64,000 nt of DNA from Acidimicrobiia bacterium (GTDB lineage: Bacteria > Actinomycetota > Acidimicrobiia > IMCC26256 > PALSA-555). Numbering within the stretch: the stretch's first letter is position 1; each line of letters begins with the position of its first letter. Under the pieces are notes generated by a model. That model was not told the origin of the DNA, did not search any database, and saw nothing but the letters and a program-made list of their open reading frames with translations. Location of the stretch: assembly GCA_035948415.1 (NCBI GenBank), contig DASZJD010000039.1, positions 3,626 to 67,625 on the forward strand, written 5' to 3'. The translations under genes and the position numbers were made by a program. Shown piece after piece: positions 18,265-27,838 of the stretch.

Positions 18265-19758
18265 GTGACGGAGAGTAGGACCGCGCGCGTGCAGCTCCAC
18301 GAGCTTCTAGCTGACGTCGACGTGCTCGACGTGCACGGCGACCCTTCGGTCGACGTGCAGGCCCTTGCCTACGACAGCCACCGCGTCGATCGGGGCGCGT
18401 GCTTCGCGTGCATCGTGGGCGCCAACCACGACGGCCACGACTACGCGCCGGCGGCGGTGCGCTCCGGCGCCGTCGCGCTCCTCGTCGAGCGCGACGTCGG
18501 GCTCACCGTCCCCGAGGCCCGCGTGACCGACGTGCGGCGGGCCTTGGGGCCGGCCGCGGCCCGACTCCACGGGCACCCGTCGCGCGCCCTCCGGTGCGTC
18601 GGCGTCACGGGCACGAACGGCAAGACGACGACCACCCACCTCTTCGCCGCCATCGCGGCCGCCGCCGGCGAGAACGCCGGGATCGTGGGCACGGTCGGCG
18701 CCCAGACCGGTGGCCCGCCGCTGCCCCTCGAGCACACGACGCCGGAGGCCCCCGACCTGCAGGCGCTGCTCGCCCGCATGCGCGACGACGGCGTGCAGAC
18801 CGTCGCGATGGAGGTCTCCTCCCACGCCCTCGCCCAGCACCGTGTCGACGGCACCTGGTTCCGGGTCGTGTGCTTCACGAACCTCACGCGCGACCATCTC
18901 GACTACCACGGCTCGCTCGACGAGTACTTCGAGGCGAAGGCCCGGCTCTTCGACCCGGCCCGAGCCGCGGCCGCGGCGGTGAACCTGGACGACGAGCGGG
19001 GAGCCGAGCTGGCCCGCCGCTGCCGGGAGCGCGGGCTGCCGGTGACGACGTACGCGCTCGACGCCGACGCCGACGTCGTCGCCGCGGACGCACGCGTCGA
19101 CGACCGCGGCGGTCACTTCGCGATGACGACGCGCGACGGGCCGCGTCACCCGATGCACACGCCGCTCCTCGGGCGGCTGAACCTCGCCAACGCGCTGGCG
19201 GCGGCGGTGACGGCTCAGCTCGCCGGCTTCGACGCCGACGCCATCGCCCGCGGGCTGGCGGCCGTGTCGACGATCCCCGGCCGGCTCGAACCGGTCGACG
19301 CCGGCCAGCCCTTCACCGTGCTCGTCGACTACGCGCACACGCCCGACGCCTTGGGCGCGGCCCTGGCCGCGGCGCGCCAGCTGGCGGGGCGGAATCGGGT
19401 GATCGCGGTCTTCGGTGCCGGCGGCGAGCGCGACCCGGCCAAGCGGCCGCTCATGGGTCGCGTCGCGGCCGACGCCGCCGACCTCGTGGTCATCACGACC
19501 GACAACCCGCGCTCGGAGGACCCGGCCGCGATCGCGGCCGCGGTCCGGGCCGGCGCCGCCGCGGGCGCGGCCGAGGTCCGCCTCGAGGCCGACCGCCGGT
19601 CCGCCATCCGCGACGCGCTCGCCGCGGCCCGGCCCGGCGACGTTCTCGTCGTCGCCGGGAAGGGCCACGAGACTGACCAGCGCTTCCGCGACCGTGTCGT
19701 CCCGTTCGACGACCGCGTCGTGACCCGCGAGGAGCTGGGGGGGCGGCCGTGGAGCTGA
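18265..19758 (+). CDS. murE: UDP-MurNAc-L-Ala-D-Glu:meso-diaminopimelate ligase
   Basis: GVTGTNGKTTTTHL P-loop and a DNPR motif (ITTDNPRSEDP). Confidence 0.9.
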   Translation: MTESRTARVQLHELLADVDVLDVHGDPSVDVQALAYDSHRVDRGACFACIVGANHDGHDYAPAAVRSGAVALLVERDVGLTVPEARVTDVRRALGPAAARLHGHPSRALRCVGVTGTNGKTTTTHLFAAIAAAAGENAGIVGTVGAQTGGPPLPLEHTTPEAPDLQALLARMRDDGVQTVAMEVSSHALAQHRVDGTWFRVVCFTNLTRDHLDYHGSLDEYFEAKARLFDPARAAAAAVNLDDERGAELARRCRERGLPVTTYALDADADVVAADARVDDRGGHFAMTTRDGPRHPMHTPLLGRLNLANALAAAVTAQLAGFDADAIARGLAAVSTIPGRLEPVDAGQPFTVLVDYAHTPDALGAALAAARQLAGRNRVIAVFGAGGERDPAKRPLMGRVAADAADLVVITTDNPRSEDPAAIAAAVRAGAAAGAAEVRLEADRRSAIRDALAAARPGDVLVVAGKGHETDQRFRDRVVPFDDRVVTREELGGRPWS

Positions 19759-21140
19759 CCGCGGCGGAGATCGCGACCGACACCGGGGGCCGGCTCGCGG
19801 GACCCGAGGCGGCGCGCGCGACCTCGTTCGCGATCGACTCGCGGGTGCTCGAGCCGGGCGCCTGCTTCGTCGCCCTCGTGGCCGAGCGGGACGGCCACGA
19901 CTTCGTGCCCCACGCCTGGGAGCGGGGCGCGACCGTCGCGCTGGTGAGCCGACCGGTCGGCCCGGCGCCTCCCGGGCGGAGTGTGGTGGAGGTCCGAGAC
20001 AGCCTGGCCGCCCTCGGTCGCCTCGGTGGCGCCGCCCGCCGCCGGCTGGCCGACGTGCCCGTCGTCGCGGTCACCGGCTCCGCCGGGAAGACGGCGACGA
20101 AGGACCTCACCGCGGCGGCGCTGGCGGCCAGCCGGCGGGTGCACGCCAGCCCGGCGTCGTTCAACAACGAGGCCGGCGTGCCCCTCACCCTGCTCGGCGC
20201 GCCGCCAGACGTCGAGGTCGTGGTGACCGAGATGGGCGCGCGGTTCGCCGGCAACCTGACGGCGCTGGCCGCGATCGCCGCGCCCACCATCGGCATCGTC
20301 ACCCACGTGGGCCTCGCCCACGCCGGCCACCTCGGTGGCCCGGACGGGATCGCGGCGGCCAAGGGGGAGCTGCTCGAGGCCCTCCCCGCCGAGGGCCTGG
20401 CCATCGTGAACGCCGACTGCGGCTCCGCGACGACGCTCGCGGCCTGCACCCGGGCGCGGGTCACGCGCGTCGGCCTCGCCGCCGACGCCGACGTCCGCGT
20501 CGTCGGGCTCAGCGTCGACGCGCGCGTCCGGCCCCGCTTCACCCTCGTGACGCCGGCGGGCGAGGCCCCGGTGGCGCTGGCGCTCCACGGCGAGCACCAC
20601 GCCACGAACGCGGCGATGGCCGCCGCCGCCGCGCTCGAGCTCGGCGTGCCCCTCGACGTCGCCGCGGCCGGCCTGGGGACCGCCCGCCCCGCGGCGCGGC
20701 GCATGGAGATCGCACCGACCCCCGACGGGGTGCTGCTCGTCAACGACGCCTACAACTCGAGCCCGAGCTCGGCCGCGGCGGCGCTGCGCGCCCTCGGCCA
20801 GCTCGACGTCTCGGGCCGGCGGGTCGCCGTGCTCGGCGAGATGCTCGAGCTGGGCGGGCACGGGCCCGAGGCCCACGCCGAGCTCGGGGCGCTCGCGGCC
20901 TCGGTCGGCGTCGACCTGGTCATCACGGTCGGCGCCGGCGCGGACCCGATCGCGGCGACGGCCCGCGCCGGGGGCGTCGCCGTCGTGCAGGCTCCGGATC
21001 CTTGCGCCGCCGTCGGCGTCGTGCGGTCCGAGGTGCGGACGGGCGACGCGGTCCTCGTGAAGGCCAGCCGCGCGGTCGGGCTCGACGTCGTGGCCGACGC
21101 CCTCCAGCCCGCCGACCGGAACTCGGGCGGGACGCCGTGA
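19749..21140 (+). CDS. murF: UDP-MurNAc-tripeptide:D-Ala-D-Ala ligase
   Basis: AVTGSAGKTATKD P-loop and Mur ligase central and C-terminal blocks. Overlaps the murE end by 10 nt. Confidence 0.9.
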   Translation: MELTAAEIATDTGGRLAGPEAARATSFAIDSRVLEPGACFVALVAERDGHDFVPHAWERGATVALVSRPVGPAPPGRSVVEVRDSLAALGRLGGAARRRLADVPVVAVTGSAGKTATKDLTAAALAASRRVHASPASFNNEAGVPLTLLGAPPDVEVVVTEMGARFAGNLTALAAIAAPTIGIVTHVGLAHAGHLGGPDGIAAAKGELLEALPAEGLAIVNADCGSATTLAACTRARVTRVGLAADADVRVVGLSVDARVRPRFTLVTPAGEAPVALALHGEHHATNAAMAAAAALELGVPLDVAAAGLGTARPAARRMEIAPTPDGVLLVNDAYNSSPSSAAAALRALGQLDVSGRRVAVLGEMLELGGHGPEAHAELGALAASVGVDLVITVGAGADPIAATARAGGVAVVQAPDPCAAVGVVRSEVRTGDAVLVKASRAVGLDVVADALQPADRNSGGTP

Positions 21141-22183
21141 CCTCGCTGCTCATCGCGGCGGGCACCGCGTTCACGATCGCGGTCCTCGGCACGCCGCTGC
21201 TCATCCGGCTGCTCCGCGCCCGCGGGATCGGGCAGCTCATCCGCGACGACGGGCCGTTCCGGCACCCGCACGCGGCCAAGGCGGGAACGCCGACGATGGG
21301 CGGCATCGCCCTGGTCGGCGCCGCCCTGATCGGGTACTCGGCTGCGCACGTGCGCACCGAGCAGCTGAAGTTCGCCCGCACCGGTGTCACCCTGCTGACG
21401 CTCGTGACCCTGCTCGCCGTGGTCGGCTTCGTCGACGACCTGCTCGGGGTGCGGCGGCGGCGCAACCTCGGCCTCCGGAAGCGGGGCAAGACCGCCGGCC
21501 AGCTGCTCGCCGCGTCCGGCTTCGCGCTGCTGGCCCTGAACTGGGTCCAGGTGTCCACGCACCTGTCCTTCATCCGAGACCTCGACCTCAACCTGGGCTC
21601 GACGCTGTGGTTCGTCGTCGCCGTCGTGGTGGTGGTGGGCGCGGCGAACGGGGTCAACCTCACCGACGGGATGGACGGCCTCGCCGCGGGCTCGGCCACC
21701 CTCGCGTTCGCGGCCTTCACGATCATCGCGTTCTGGCAGTTCCGCCACGCCGCCGTGTACCACGTGCGCCCCGCCGCGGTCGTCGACCTCGCCGTGGTCG
21801 CGGCGGCGATGATGGGTGCGTCGGGCGGCTTCCTGTACTGGAACGCGGCGCCGGCGCGGATCTTCATGGGCGACACCGGGTCCATGGCCATCGGCGGCGC
21901 GCTGGCGGGCCTGGCGCTGCTCACCAAGACCTTGCTGCTGCTGCCGATCCTCGGCGGCCTCTACGTCGTGGAGACGCTGAGCGTCATCGCCCAGGTCATC
22001 TCCTTCCGCGGCTTCGGGCGCCGGGTGCTCCGCATGGCGCCGATCCACCATCACTTCGAGGTGATCGGCTGGCCCGAGTTCACGGTCATCGTGCGGTTCT
22101 GGCTCTTCGCCGGCGTGTGCGTCGCGCTCGCCCTCGGCCTCTTCTACGCCGACTTCATCAACATCCCGGGAGCGATCGGCTGA
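21137..22183 (+). CDS. mraY: phospho-MurNAc-pentapeptide translocase
   Basis: GTGA overlap with murF. NGVNLTDGMDGLA and MGDTGSMAIGG motifs, polytopic. Confidence 0.9.
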   Translation: MTSLLIAAGTAFTIAVLGTPLLIRLLRARGIGQLIRDDGPFRHPHAAKAGTPTMGGIALVGAALIGYSAAHVRTEQLKFARTGVTLLTLVTLLAVVGFVDDLLGVRRRRNLGLRKRGKTAGQLLAASGFALLALNWVQVSTHLSFIRDLDLNLGSTLWFVVAVVVVVGAANGVNLTDGMDGLAAGSATLAFAAFTIIAFWQFRHAAVYHVRPAAVVDLAVVAAAMMGASGGFLYWNAAPARIFMGDTGSMAIGGALAGLALLTKTLLLLPILGGLYVVETLSVIAQVISFRGFGRRVLRMAPIHHHFEVIGWPEFTVIVRFWLFAGVCVALALGLFYADFINIPGAIG

Positions 22184-23340
22184 TGCCGTCCGCCACCCGC
22201 CATCGCTGGTCGACCCGGGCTCCGGCCCGCTCGGGGCCCGCCGCGGGGGCGGCGCCGCCCGCTCACTACCTCCTCCTCGTGATCACGGTGGCGGTCCTGA
22301 ACGTCGTCGGCGTGGTCATGGTGCTCTCGGCGTCGTCGGTGGTGTCGCTCACCACGTACGGGTCGGCCTGGTACTTCTTCGAGCGGCAGCTGATCTGGAC
22401 CGTGCTCGGCGCCGTCGCGTTCGTGGTCGCGTCCCGCATCGACTACCGACGGTGGCGCGACTGGGCGCGGCCCCTGCTCGTCGTCACCGCCGGCCTCCTC
22501 GTGCTCGTCCTCGTGCCGCACTTCGGCACGTACGTCGCCGGCTCGCGCCGGTGGCTCGGGATCGGCAGCTGGCGGTTCCAGCCCACCGAGCTGGCGAAGC
22601 TGACGGTCGTCCTCTTCGCCGCCGACCTGCTCACGCGCCGCGAGCACGAGCTGCACGACTGGCGGGCCACGCTCCGACCGGTCGTCGCCGTCGTCGCCGG
22701 CCTCGGCGGGCTCGTCTTCCTCGAGCCCGACCTCGACTCCACGATCCTCCTCGGGCTCATCGCGGCGGCGGTGCTGCTGGTCGGCGGCGTGCGGCTCCGC
22801 CACCTCGCCACCGCGGCCACGTGCGGCGTGACCCTCGCCACGATCCTCGCCTTCTCGGCCCCGTACCGGCGGGCCCGCCTGCTCACCTTCCTGCACCCGA
22901 CGGCGACCGCCGGCAACGGCGGCTACCAGATCGTCCAGTCGCTCATTGCGCTGGGCAGCGGCGGGGTCGCCGGGGTCGGGCTCGGGGCCGGGCGGGCCAA
23001 GTGGCTGTTCCTGCCGAACGCGCACACCGACTTCATCTTCGCCGTCATCGGCGAGGAGCTCGGGCTCGTCGGCGCGCTGGCCGTCCTCGGGCTCTTCGTG
23101 GCCTTCGCCGTCCTCGGGGTCCGGGCCGCCCACCGCGCCCCCGACCGCTTCGGCCTCCTCCTCGCGGCCGGGATCACGGCCTGGGTCGTCGGCCAGGCGG
23201 CCGTGAACATCGGCGGTGTCGTGGGCCTGCTCCCCGTGTCGGGGGTCCCGCTCCCGTTCGTGTCGTTCGGCGGCTCGGCCTTGGTCTTCACGATGCTCGC
23301 CGCCGGCGTCCTCGCCAACGTGGCGCGCCAGGCCCGATGA
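22183..23340 (+). CDS. ftsW: SEDS-family lipid II flippase/peptidoglycan polymerase FtsW
   Basis: ATG overlaps the mraY stop (TGATG). FQPTELAKL and NAHTDFIFAVIGEELG motifs. Confidence 0.9.
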   Translation: MPSATRHRWSTRAPARSGPAAGAAPPAHYLLLVITVAVLNVVGVVMVLSASSVVSLTTYGSAWYFFERQLIWTVLGAVAFVVASRIDYRRWRDWARPLLVVTAGLLVLVLVPHFGTYVAGSRRWLGIGSWRFQPTELAKLTVVLFAADLLTRREHELHDWRATLRPVVAVVAGLGGLVFLEPDLDSTILLGLIAAAVLLVGGVRLRHLATAATCGVTLATILAFSAPYRRARLLTFLHPTATAGNGGYQIVQSLIALGSGGVAGVGLGAGRAKWLFLPNAHTDFIFAVIGEELGLVGALAVLGLFVAFAVLGVRAAHRAPDRFGLLLAAGITAWVVGQAAVNIGGVVGLLPVSGVPLPFVSFGGSALVFTMLAAGVLANVARQAR

Positions 23341-24452
23341 CGGCCGCCGCCACGCCGACGGCCGTGTTCGCCCTCGTCACCGGCGGCGGCACCGGCGGCC
23401 ACGTGTACCCGGCCCTCGCGGTCGCGGAGGCGCTCGTGGACCGCGGCCACGACCCGGCCGCGATCCGCTTCGTCGGCGGTCGCCGCGGCCTCGAGGTGAC
23501 CGCAGTGCCTGCGGCCGGGTTCCGGCTCGACGCCCTCCCGGGCCGGGGGCTGCGACGGCGCCTCGACGTCGCGGCGTGGCGCGACAACGCCGGGGCCCTC
23601 GTCGGGACCGGCCGCGCCCTCGGCCAGGCGTGGCGGCTCGTGCGGCGCACCCGCCCCCGCGTCGTCCTCGGCGTGGGCGGGTACGCGTCGCTGCCCTGCG
23701 TGGTCAGCGCCCGCCTCGCCGGCGTCCCCACCGTCGTGCACGAGCAGAACGCGGCCCCCGGGCTCACGAACCGGCTCGCGGTGCGCCTCGGCGCGCACCC
23801 CGCGGTGTCGCTGCCCTGCACGCCGCTGCGGGGCGCGGTCCTCACCGGCAACCCGGTGCGGCGCGCGATCACGGTCGTGCAGCGCACCCCGGATCCCACC
23901 CGTCCTCTAGTCCTCGTCTTCGGCGGCAGCCTCGGCGCCCGGCGACTCAACGAGGCTGCGCTCGGCCTCTACGACCGGTGGCGAGACCGCGCCGACGTCG
24001 CCGTGTGCCACGTCAGCGGCCGCCGCGACCACGCCGACTGCGCGCGCGACCTCGCCGCGCTGCGCCGGGCCGGTGACCGCCTCGCGTACGAGCTCGTCGA
24101 GTACGAGGAGCACCTCGAGCGGCGATACGGACAGGCCGCGGTCGCCGTCTGCCGCGCCGGCGCCGTCACCGTCGCCGAGCTCACGGTCACCGGGCTGCCC
24201 GCGATCCTCGTGCCGCTGCCCGGCGCGCCCCACGACCACCAGACCGCAAACGCGGCGGCGCTCGCCGCCGCCGGGGCGGCGACGCTCGTCCCCGACCGCG
24301 ACGCCGACGCGGCCCGACTCGCGGCCGAGCTCGACGCGCTCCTCGGCGCGCCGGACCGGCTCGAGGCCATGAGCCGCGCCGCCCGCGCCCTGGCCCGCCC
24401 CGACGCCGCCGCCCGCGTCGCCGACCTCGTCGAGGCGGTGGCCCGTGCCTGA
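23337..24452 (+). CDS. murG: UDP-GlcNAc:lipid I N-acetylglucosaminyltransferase
   Basis: ATGA overlap with ftsW. GGGTGGHVYPALAVAE glycine loop. Confidence 0.9.
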   Translation: MTAAATPTAVFALVTGGGTGGHVYPALAVAEALVDRGHDPAAIRFVGGRRGLEVTAVPAAGFRLDALPGRGLRRRLDVAAWRDNAGALVGTGRALGQAWRLVRRTRPRVVLGVGGYASLPCVVSARLAGVPTVVHEQNAAPGLTNRLAVRLGAHPAVSLPCTPLRGAVLTGNPVRRAITVVQRTPDPTRPLVLVFGGSLGARRLNEAALGLYDRWRDRADVAVCHVSGRRDHADCARDLAALRRAGDRLAYELVEYEEHLERRYGQAAVAVCRAGAVTVAELTVTGLPAILVPLPGAPHDHQTANAAALAAAGAATLVPDRDADAARLAAELDALLGAPDRLEAMSRAARALARPDAAARVADLVEAVARA

Positions 24453-25827
24453 GCTCGACCTCAGCCGGCCGCGGGTGGTGCACATCGTCGGGATGGGCGG
24501 CGCCGGGATGAGCGCCATCGCCGCGGTGCTGGCTCGGATGGGCCACCGGGTCAGCGGCTCCGACCTCAAGGACTCGCACGCGCTCGACCGGCTGCGGCTG
24601 CTCGGCGTCGACGCCTTCATCGGTCACGCCGCGGCGAACGTCCCCGGCGACGTCGACGCCGTCGTGCACTCGAGCGCCATCCCGCCGACGAACCCCGAGG
24701 TCGTGGCGGCCGCCGACCGGGGCGCACGCGTCCTGCGCCGGGCCGAGGCGCTGCGCGCCCTCGTCGCCACCCGCCGCTCGATCGCGGTGGCGGGCAGCCA
24801 CGGCAAGACGACCACGTCGTCGATGCTGGCCCTCTGCCTGCGCGCGGCGGGCTGGCGGCCGACCTTCCTCATCGGGGGCGACCTCAACGAGGTCGGCTCG
24901 AACGCCGCCTACGACGACGGCGACTGGCTCGTCGTGGAGGCCGACGAGAGCGACGGCACGTTCCTCGAGCTGGCGCCCGAGGCGGCGGTCGTCACGAACG
25001 TCGCCCCCGACCACCTCGACCACTACGGCAGCTTCGAGCGGCTGGTCGACGCCTTCGCCGCCTTCCTCGACCGCGTGCCCGGCGCGCGGGTCGTGTGCGT
25101 CGACGACCCCGTCGCCGCCCGGCTCGCGGCCGAGCGACCGGGCGTGCGCACGTACGGCTTCACCGCCGACGACTACCGGCTCGACGACTACCGCGGCGGC
25201 CGGGCGGGCAGCCGCTTCCGGCTCCACCGCGGCGACGAGCCGCTCGGCCTGCTCGAGCTGCCCGTCCCCGGCCGCCACAACGCGCTGAACGCCACCGGCG
25301 CCGCCGCCGTCGCGCTCGAGCTCGGCGTCCCGTTCGAGGACGTGGCGCGCGCCCTCCGCGGCTTCGGCGGCGTGGCGCGCCGCTTCCAGTTCCGCGGCGA
25401 GATCGACGGCGTCACCATCATCGACGACTACGCCCACAACCCCGGGAAGGTCGCAGCCGTCCTCGAGGCGGCACGCGAGGGCGGCTGGCGGCGGGTCGTC
25501 GCCGTGTTCCAGCCCCACCGCTACACGCGCACGGCGACGCTCTGGCGCGACTACGCCGACGCCTTCCTCGACGCCGACCAGGTGGTCCTCACCGACGTGT
25601 ACGCGGCGGGGGAGGCGCCCCAGCCGGGCGTGTCGGGGCGGCTGGTCCTGCGCGCCGTCCTCGACGCGCACCCCGACACGCCGGTGACCTACCTCCCTCG
25701 CCGGGCCGACGTCGTCGCGCACGCGCTCCACCTGGCGCGCCCCGGCGACGTCCTCGTCACCCTCGGCGCCGGCGACCTGACCACCGTGCCCGACGAGTGG
25801 CTGGCGGCGCGGGAGGCGGACCCGTGA
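24445..25827 (+). CDS. murC: UDP-MurNAc:L-alanine ligase
   Basis: VGMGGAGMSAIA N-terminal Rossmann fold and AVAGSHGKTTTSSM P-loop. Confidence 0.9.
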   Translation: MPELDLSRPRVVHIVGMGGAGMSAIAAVLARMGHRVSGSDLKDSHALDRLRLLGVDAFIGHAAANVPGDVDAVVHSSAIPPTNPEVVAAADRGARVLRRAEALRALVATRRSIAVAGSHGKTTTSSMLALCLRAAGWRPTFLIGGDLNEVGSNAAYDDGDWLVVEADESDGTFLELAPEAAVVTNVAPDHLDHYGSFERLVDAFAAFLDRVPGARVVCVDDPVAARLAAERPGVRTYGFTADDYRLDDYRGGRAGSRFRLHRGDEPLGLLELPVPGRHNALNATGAAAVALELGVPFEDVARALRGFGGVARRFQFRGEIDGVTIIDDYAHNPGKVAAVLEAAREGGWRRVVAVFQPHRYTRTATLWRDYADAFLDADQVVLTDVYAAGEAPQPGVSGRLVLRAVLDAHPDTPVTYLPRRADVVAHALHLARPGDVLVTLGAGDLTTVPDEWLAAREADP

Positions 25828-26765
25828 GCCTCGGTGCGCTCGCCGCCGCGCTCACGTCGGCGCTGCCCCCCGGCGCGGTGCGGCGCGCCGTGCCCGTCGC
25901 CGACCTCACCACCTACCGCCTCGGCGGCCCCGTCGACGTCATGGTCCGCGTCACGACCGACGCCGAGCTCGCGGTCGTGGCCGCCGCGGCCGGGCGCGCC
26001 GACCCGCCGCCGGCGGTGCTCGTCCTCGGGCGGGGCTCGAACCTGCTCGTCGCCGACCGCGGCTTCCCCGGGCTCGGCGTCCTGCTCGCCGGCGACTTCG
26101 AGGCGATCGAGCTCGACCCGGCCGGGGTCGTCCGCGCCGGGGGTGGCACCCCGCTGCCGGTGCTGGCCCGGCGGGCCGCCGCCGCCGGCCTCGGCGGGCT
26201 CGAGTTCTACGTCGGGATCCCCGGCTCGGTCGGCGGCGCGGTGCGCATGAACGCCGGCGGGCACGGCCGCGACACCGCGGCGGTGTTGCGACTGGCGTTC
26301 ACGGTCGACCTCCTCGCCCGGGCCGAAGCGCCGCGCGCCCGGGCCGCCGCCGACCTCGACCTCGGCTACCGGCACTCGGCCCTCGGTCCGAGCGAGGTCG
26401 TCACCAGGGCCGAGTTCACCGCCACCCCCGACGACCCCGACGCGTGCGCGGCCCGCATCGAGGAGGTGGTGCGCTGGCGCCGCCAGCACCAGCCCGGCGG
26501 CGCCAACGCGGGCTCGGTGTTCCGCAACCCGCCGGGCGACTCGGCCGGCCGGCTCATCGACGCCGTCGGCCTCAAGGGCCTCCGGTTCGGCGGCGCGCTC
26601 GTGTCGCCGAAGCACGCCAACTTCTTCCAGGCCGAGCCCGGGGCCACCGCCGACGACGTCGCCATGCTCGTCGCCGAGGTCCAGGCGCGCGTCGACGCCG
26701 CCACCGGCGTTCACCTCGAGCCCGAGCTGCAGCTCGTGGGCTTCGAGCAGGAGGCCCGGCGGTGA
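25824..26765 (+). CDS. murB: UDP-N-acetylenolpyruvoylglucosamine reductase
   Basis: GTGA overlap with murC. FAD/PCMH blocks TTYRLGGP, LGRGSNLLV and GIPGSVGGAVRMNAG. Confidence 0.9.
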   Translation: MSLGALAAALTSALPPGAVRRAVPVADLTTYRLGGPVDVMVRVTTDAELAVVAAAAGRADPPPAVLVLGRGSNLLVADRGFPGLGVLLAGDFEAIELDPAGVVRAGGGTPLPVLARRAAAAGLGGLEFYVGIPGSVGGAVRMNAGGHGRDTAAVLRLAFTVDLLARAEAPRARAAADLDLGYRHSALGPSEVVTRAEFTATPDDPDACAARIEEVVRWRRQHQPGGANAGSVFRNPPGDSAGRLIDAVGLKGLRFGGALVSPKHANFFQAEPGATADDVAMLVAEVQARVDAATGVHLEPELQLVGFEQEARR

Positions 26766-27526
26766 CCGCCGCCACCGGGGTCGCCGGCCTCCGCGTCCGC
26801 ATCGACCCCCGCCTGCGCGCTCGCCGCGCCGCGGTCCGCCGCGACGCCGGCCGGCGCCGCCTCCACCGGCTCCTCCTCGGCGCCGGCGTCGTCGCCACGC
26901 TCACGGTGGCCGCCGCCGTCGCGTGGTCGCCGCTGCTCGCCGTGCACACGATCGTCGTCCGCGGCGCCGGCGCCGACCGGGCCGCGGTCCGCGCCGCGGC
27001 CCGGGTTCGGACGGGCCAGCCCATGCTCCTCGTCAACGCCGGCGGAGTCGCGGCCGCGGTCCGCCGCCTCCCGACGGTGGCCTCGGCGCGCGTCGAGCGC
27101 GACTTCCCGAACACGGTCACGATCACCGTGTCCCGCCGGGTGCCGGTCGCCTGGGCCCCCGCCGGGCCGGGCCGCGCCGCCGTCCTCGACCGGCACGGCG
27201 ACGTCCTGGCCGTCGGGCCCTGGCCGCCGGCCGGCCTCCCCGAGCTGGCCGGGCTGACCCGCGTCCCGGGGCCGGGCGGGCGCCTGCACGCGCCCGCCGC
27301 CGCGGCCGCGGCCGCGCTCGGGCCGTCCCTGCGGGGCCGGGTCACCACCGTGGTCGCCCTGCCCGGCGGGCTCGTCGCCCTCGTGGCCAACGGCCCCCAG
27401 ATCCGCTTCGGGGACGGCACCCAGCTGGCGGCCAAGGCCGAGGCGGCGGCGGCGGTGCTCGCCGCCCTCGTCGCCCCCGCCCGCTACATCGACGTCAGCG
27501 TGCCGAACGCGCCGGTGTCGGGGTAG
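26762..27526 (+). CDS. ftsQ: cell division protein FtsQ/DivIB
   Basis: GTGA overlap with murB. Basic N-terminus, one TM helix and a POTRA-like VHTIVVRGAG...ARVERDFPNTVTITV segment. Canonical position before ftsZ. Confidence 0.75.
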   Translation: MTAATGVAGLRVRIDPRLRARRAAVRRDAGRRRLHRLLLGAGVVATLTVAAAVAWSPLLAVHTIVVRGAGADRAAVRAAARVRTGQPMLLVNAGGVAAAVRRLPTVASARVERDFPNTVTITVSRRVPVAWAPAGPGRAAVLDRHGDVLAVGPWPPAGLPELAGLTRVPGPGGRLHAPAAAAAAALGPSLRGRVTTVVALPGGLVALVANGPQIRFGDGTQLAAKAEAAAAVLAALVAPARYIDVSVPNAPVSG

Positions 27527-27838
27527 GTGGCGATGGGCGACGACGACCGCTTCCCGGGCCCGCCCGGCCCGGCGATGGAGGGCCCGGGGCCCGGTGCGCT
27601 ACCGTCAGGGCCGCTCCCACCGGGGGTGGGTCCGGCTACGGCCCCGCGGCATGCCGACGCGGGCCGTCCCCCCGAGCCGCGAGACGGTGACCCGGAGCGA
27701 GCGGCGGGACCCGGGCAGGTCCCACGATCCCCGTCCCCCGGGGACGACAATGGGGGGTCGGGTTGGCAGGCCAATCGACCGACGACCCCAGGGCACCTCC
27801 GGCGCGTCGCCGGCAACCCGACGGGAAGGACGACCGAC

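Noticed and set aside
15358-27435. Many long antisense or out-of-frame ORFs across the dcw cluster (for example 15846..17264, 18307..19668, 19329..20876, 20750..22054, 24187..25731, 25689..26714)
   Set aside because: All overlap motif-rich dcw genes on the other strand or in another frame. All are Arg/Pro/Gly/Ala-rich with no recognisable domains. Open shadow frames are expected at this GC content.
27527-27838. In-frame open extension that would add 104 Pro/Gly-rich residues to the FtsZ N-terminus, with a GTG immediately after the ftsQ stop
   Set aside because: ATG 27839 has a good GGAAGGA RBS and gives the normal FtsZ N-terminus. By my count, third-position G/C in the extension is about 81%, below the level I estimate by eye for the confirmed genes. 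All three + frames are open here. A ftsQ-ftsZ promoter spacer of about 300 nt is usual. N-terminal proteomics could settle it.
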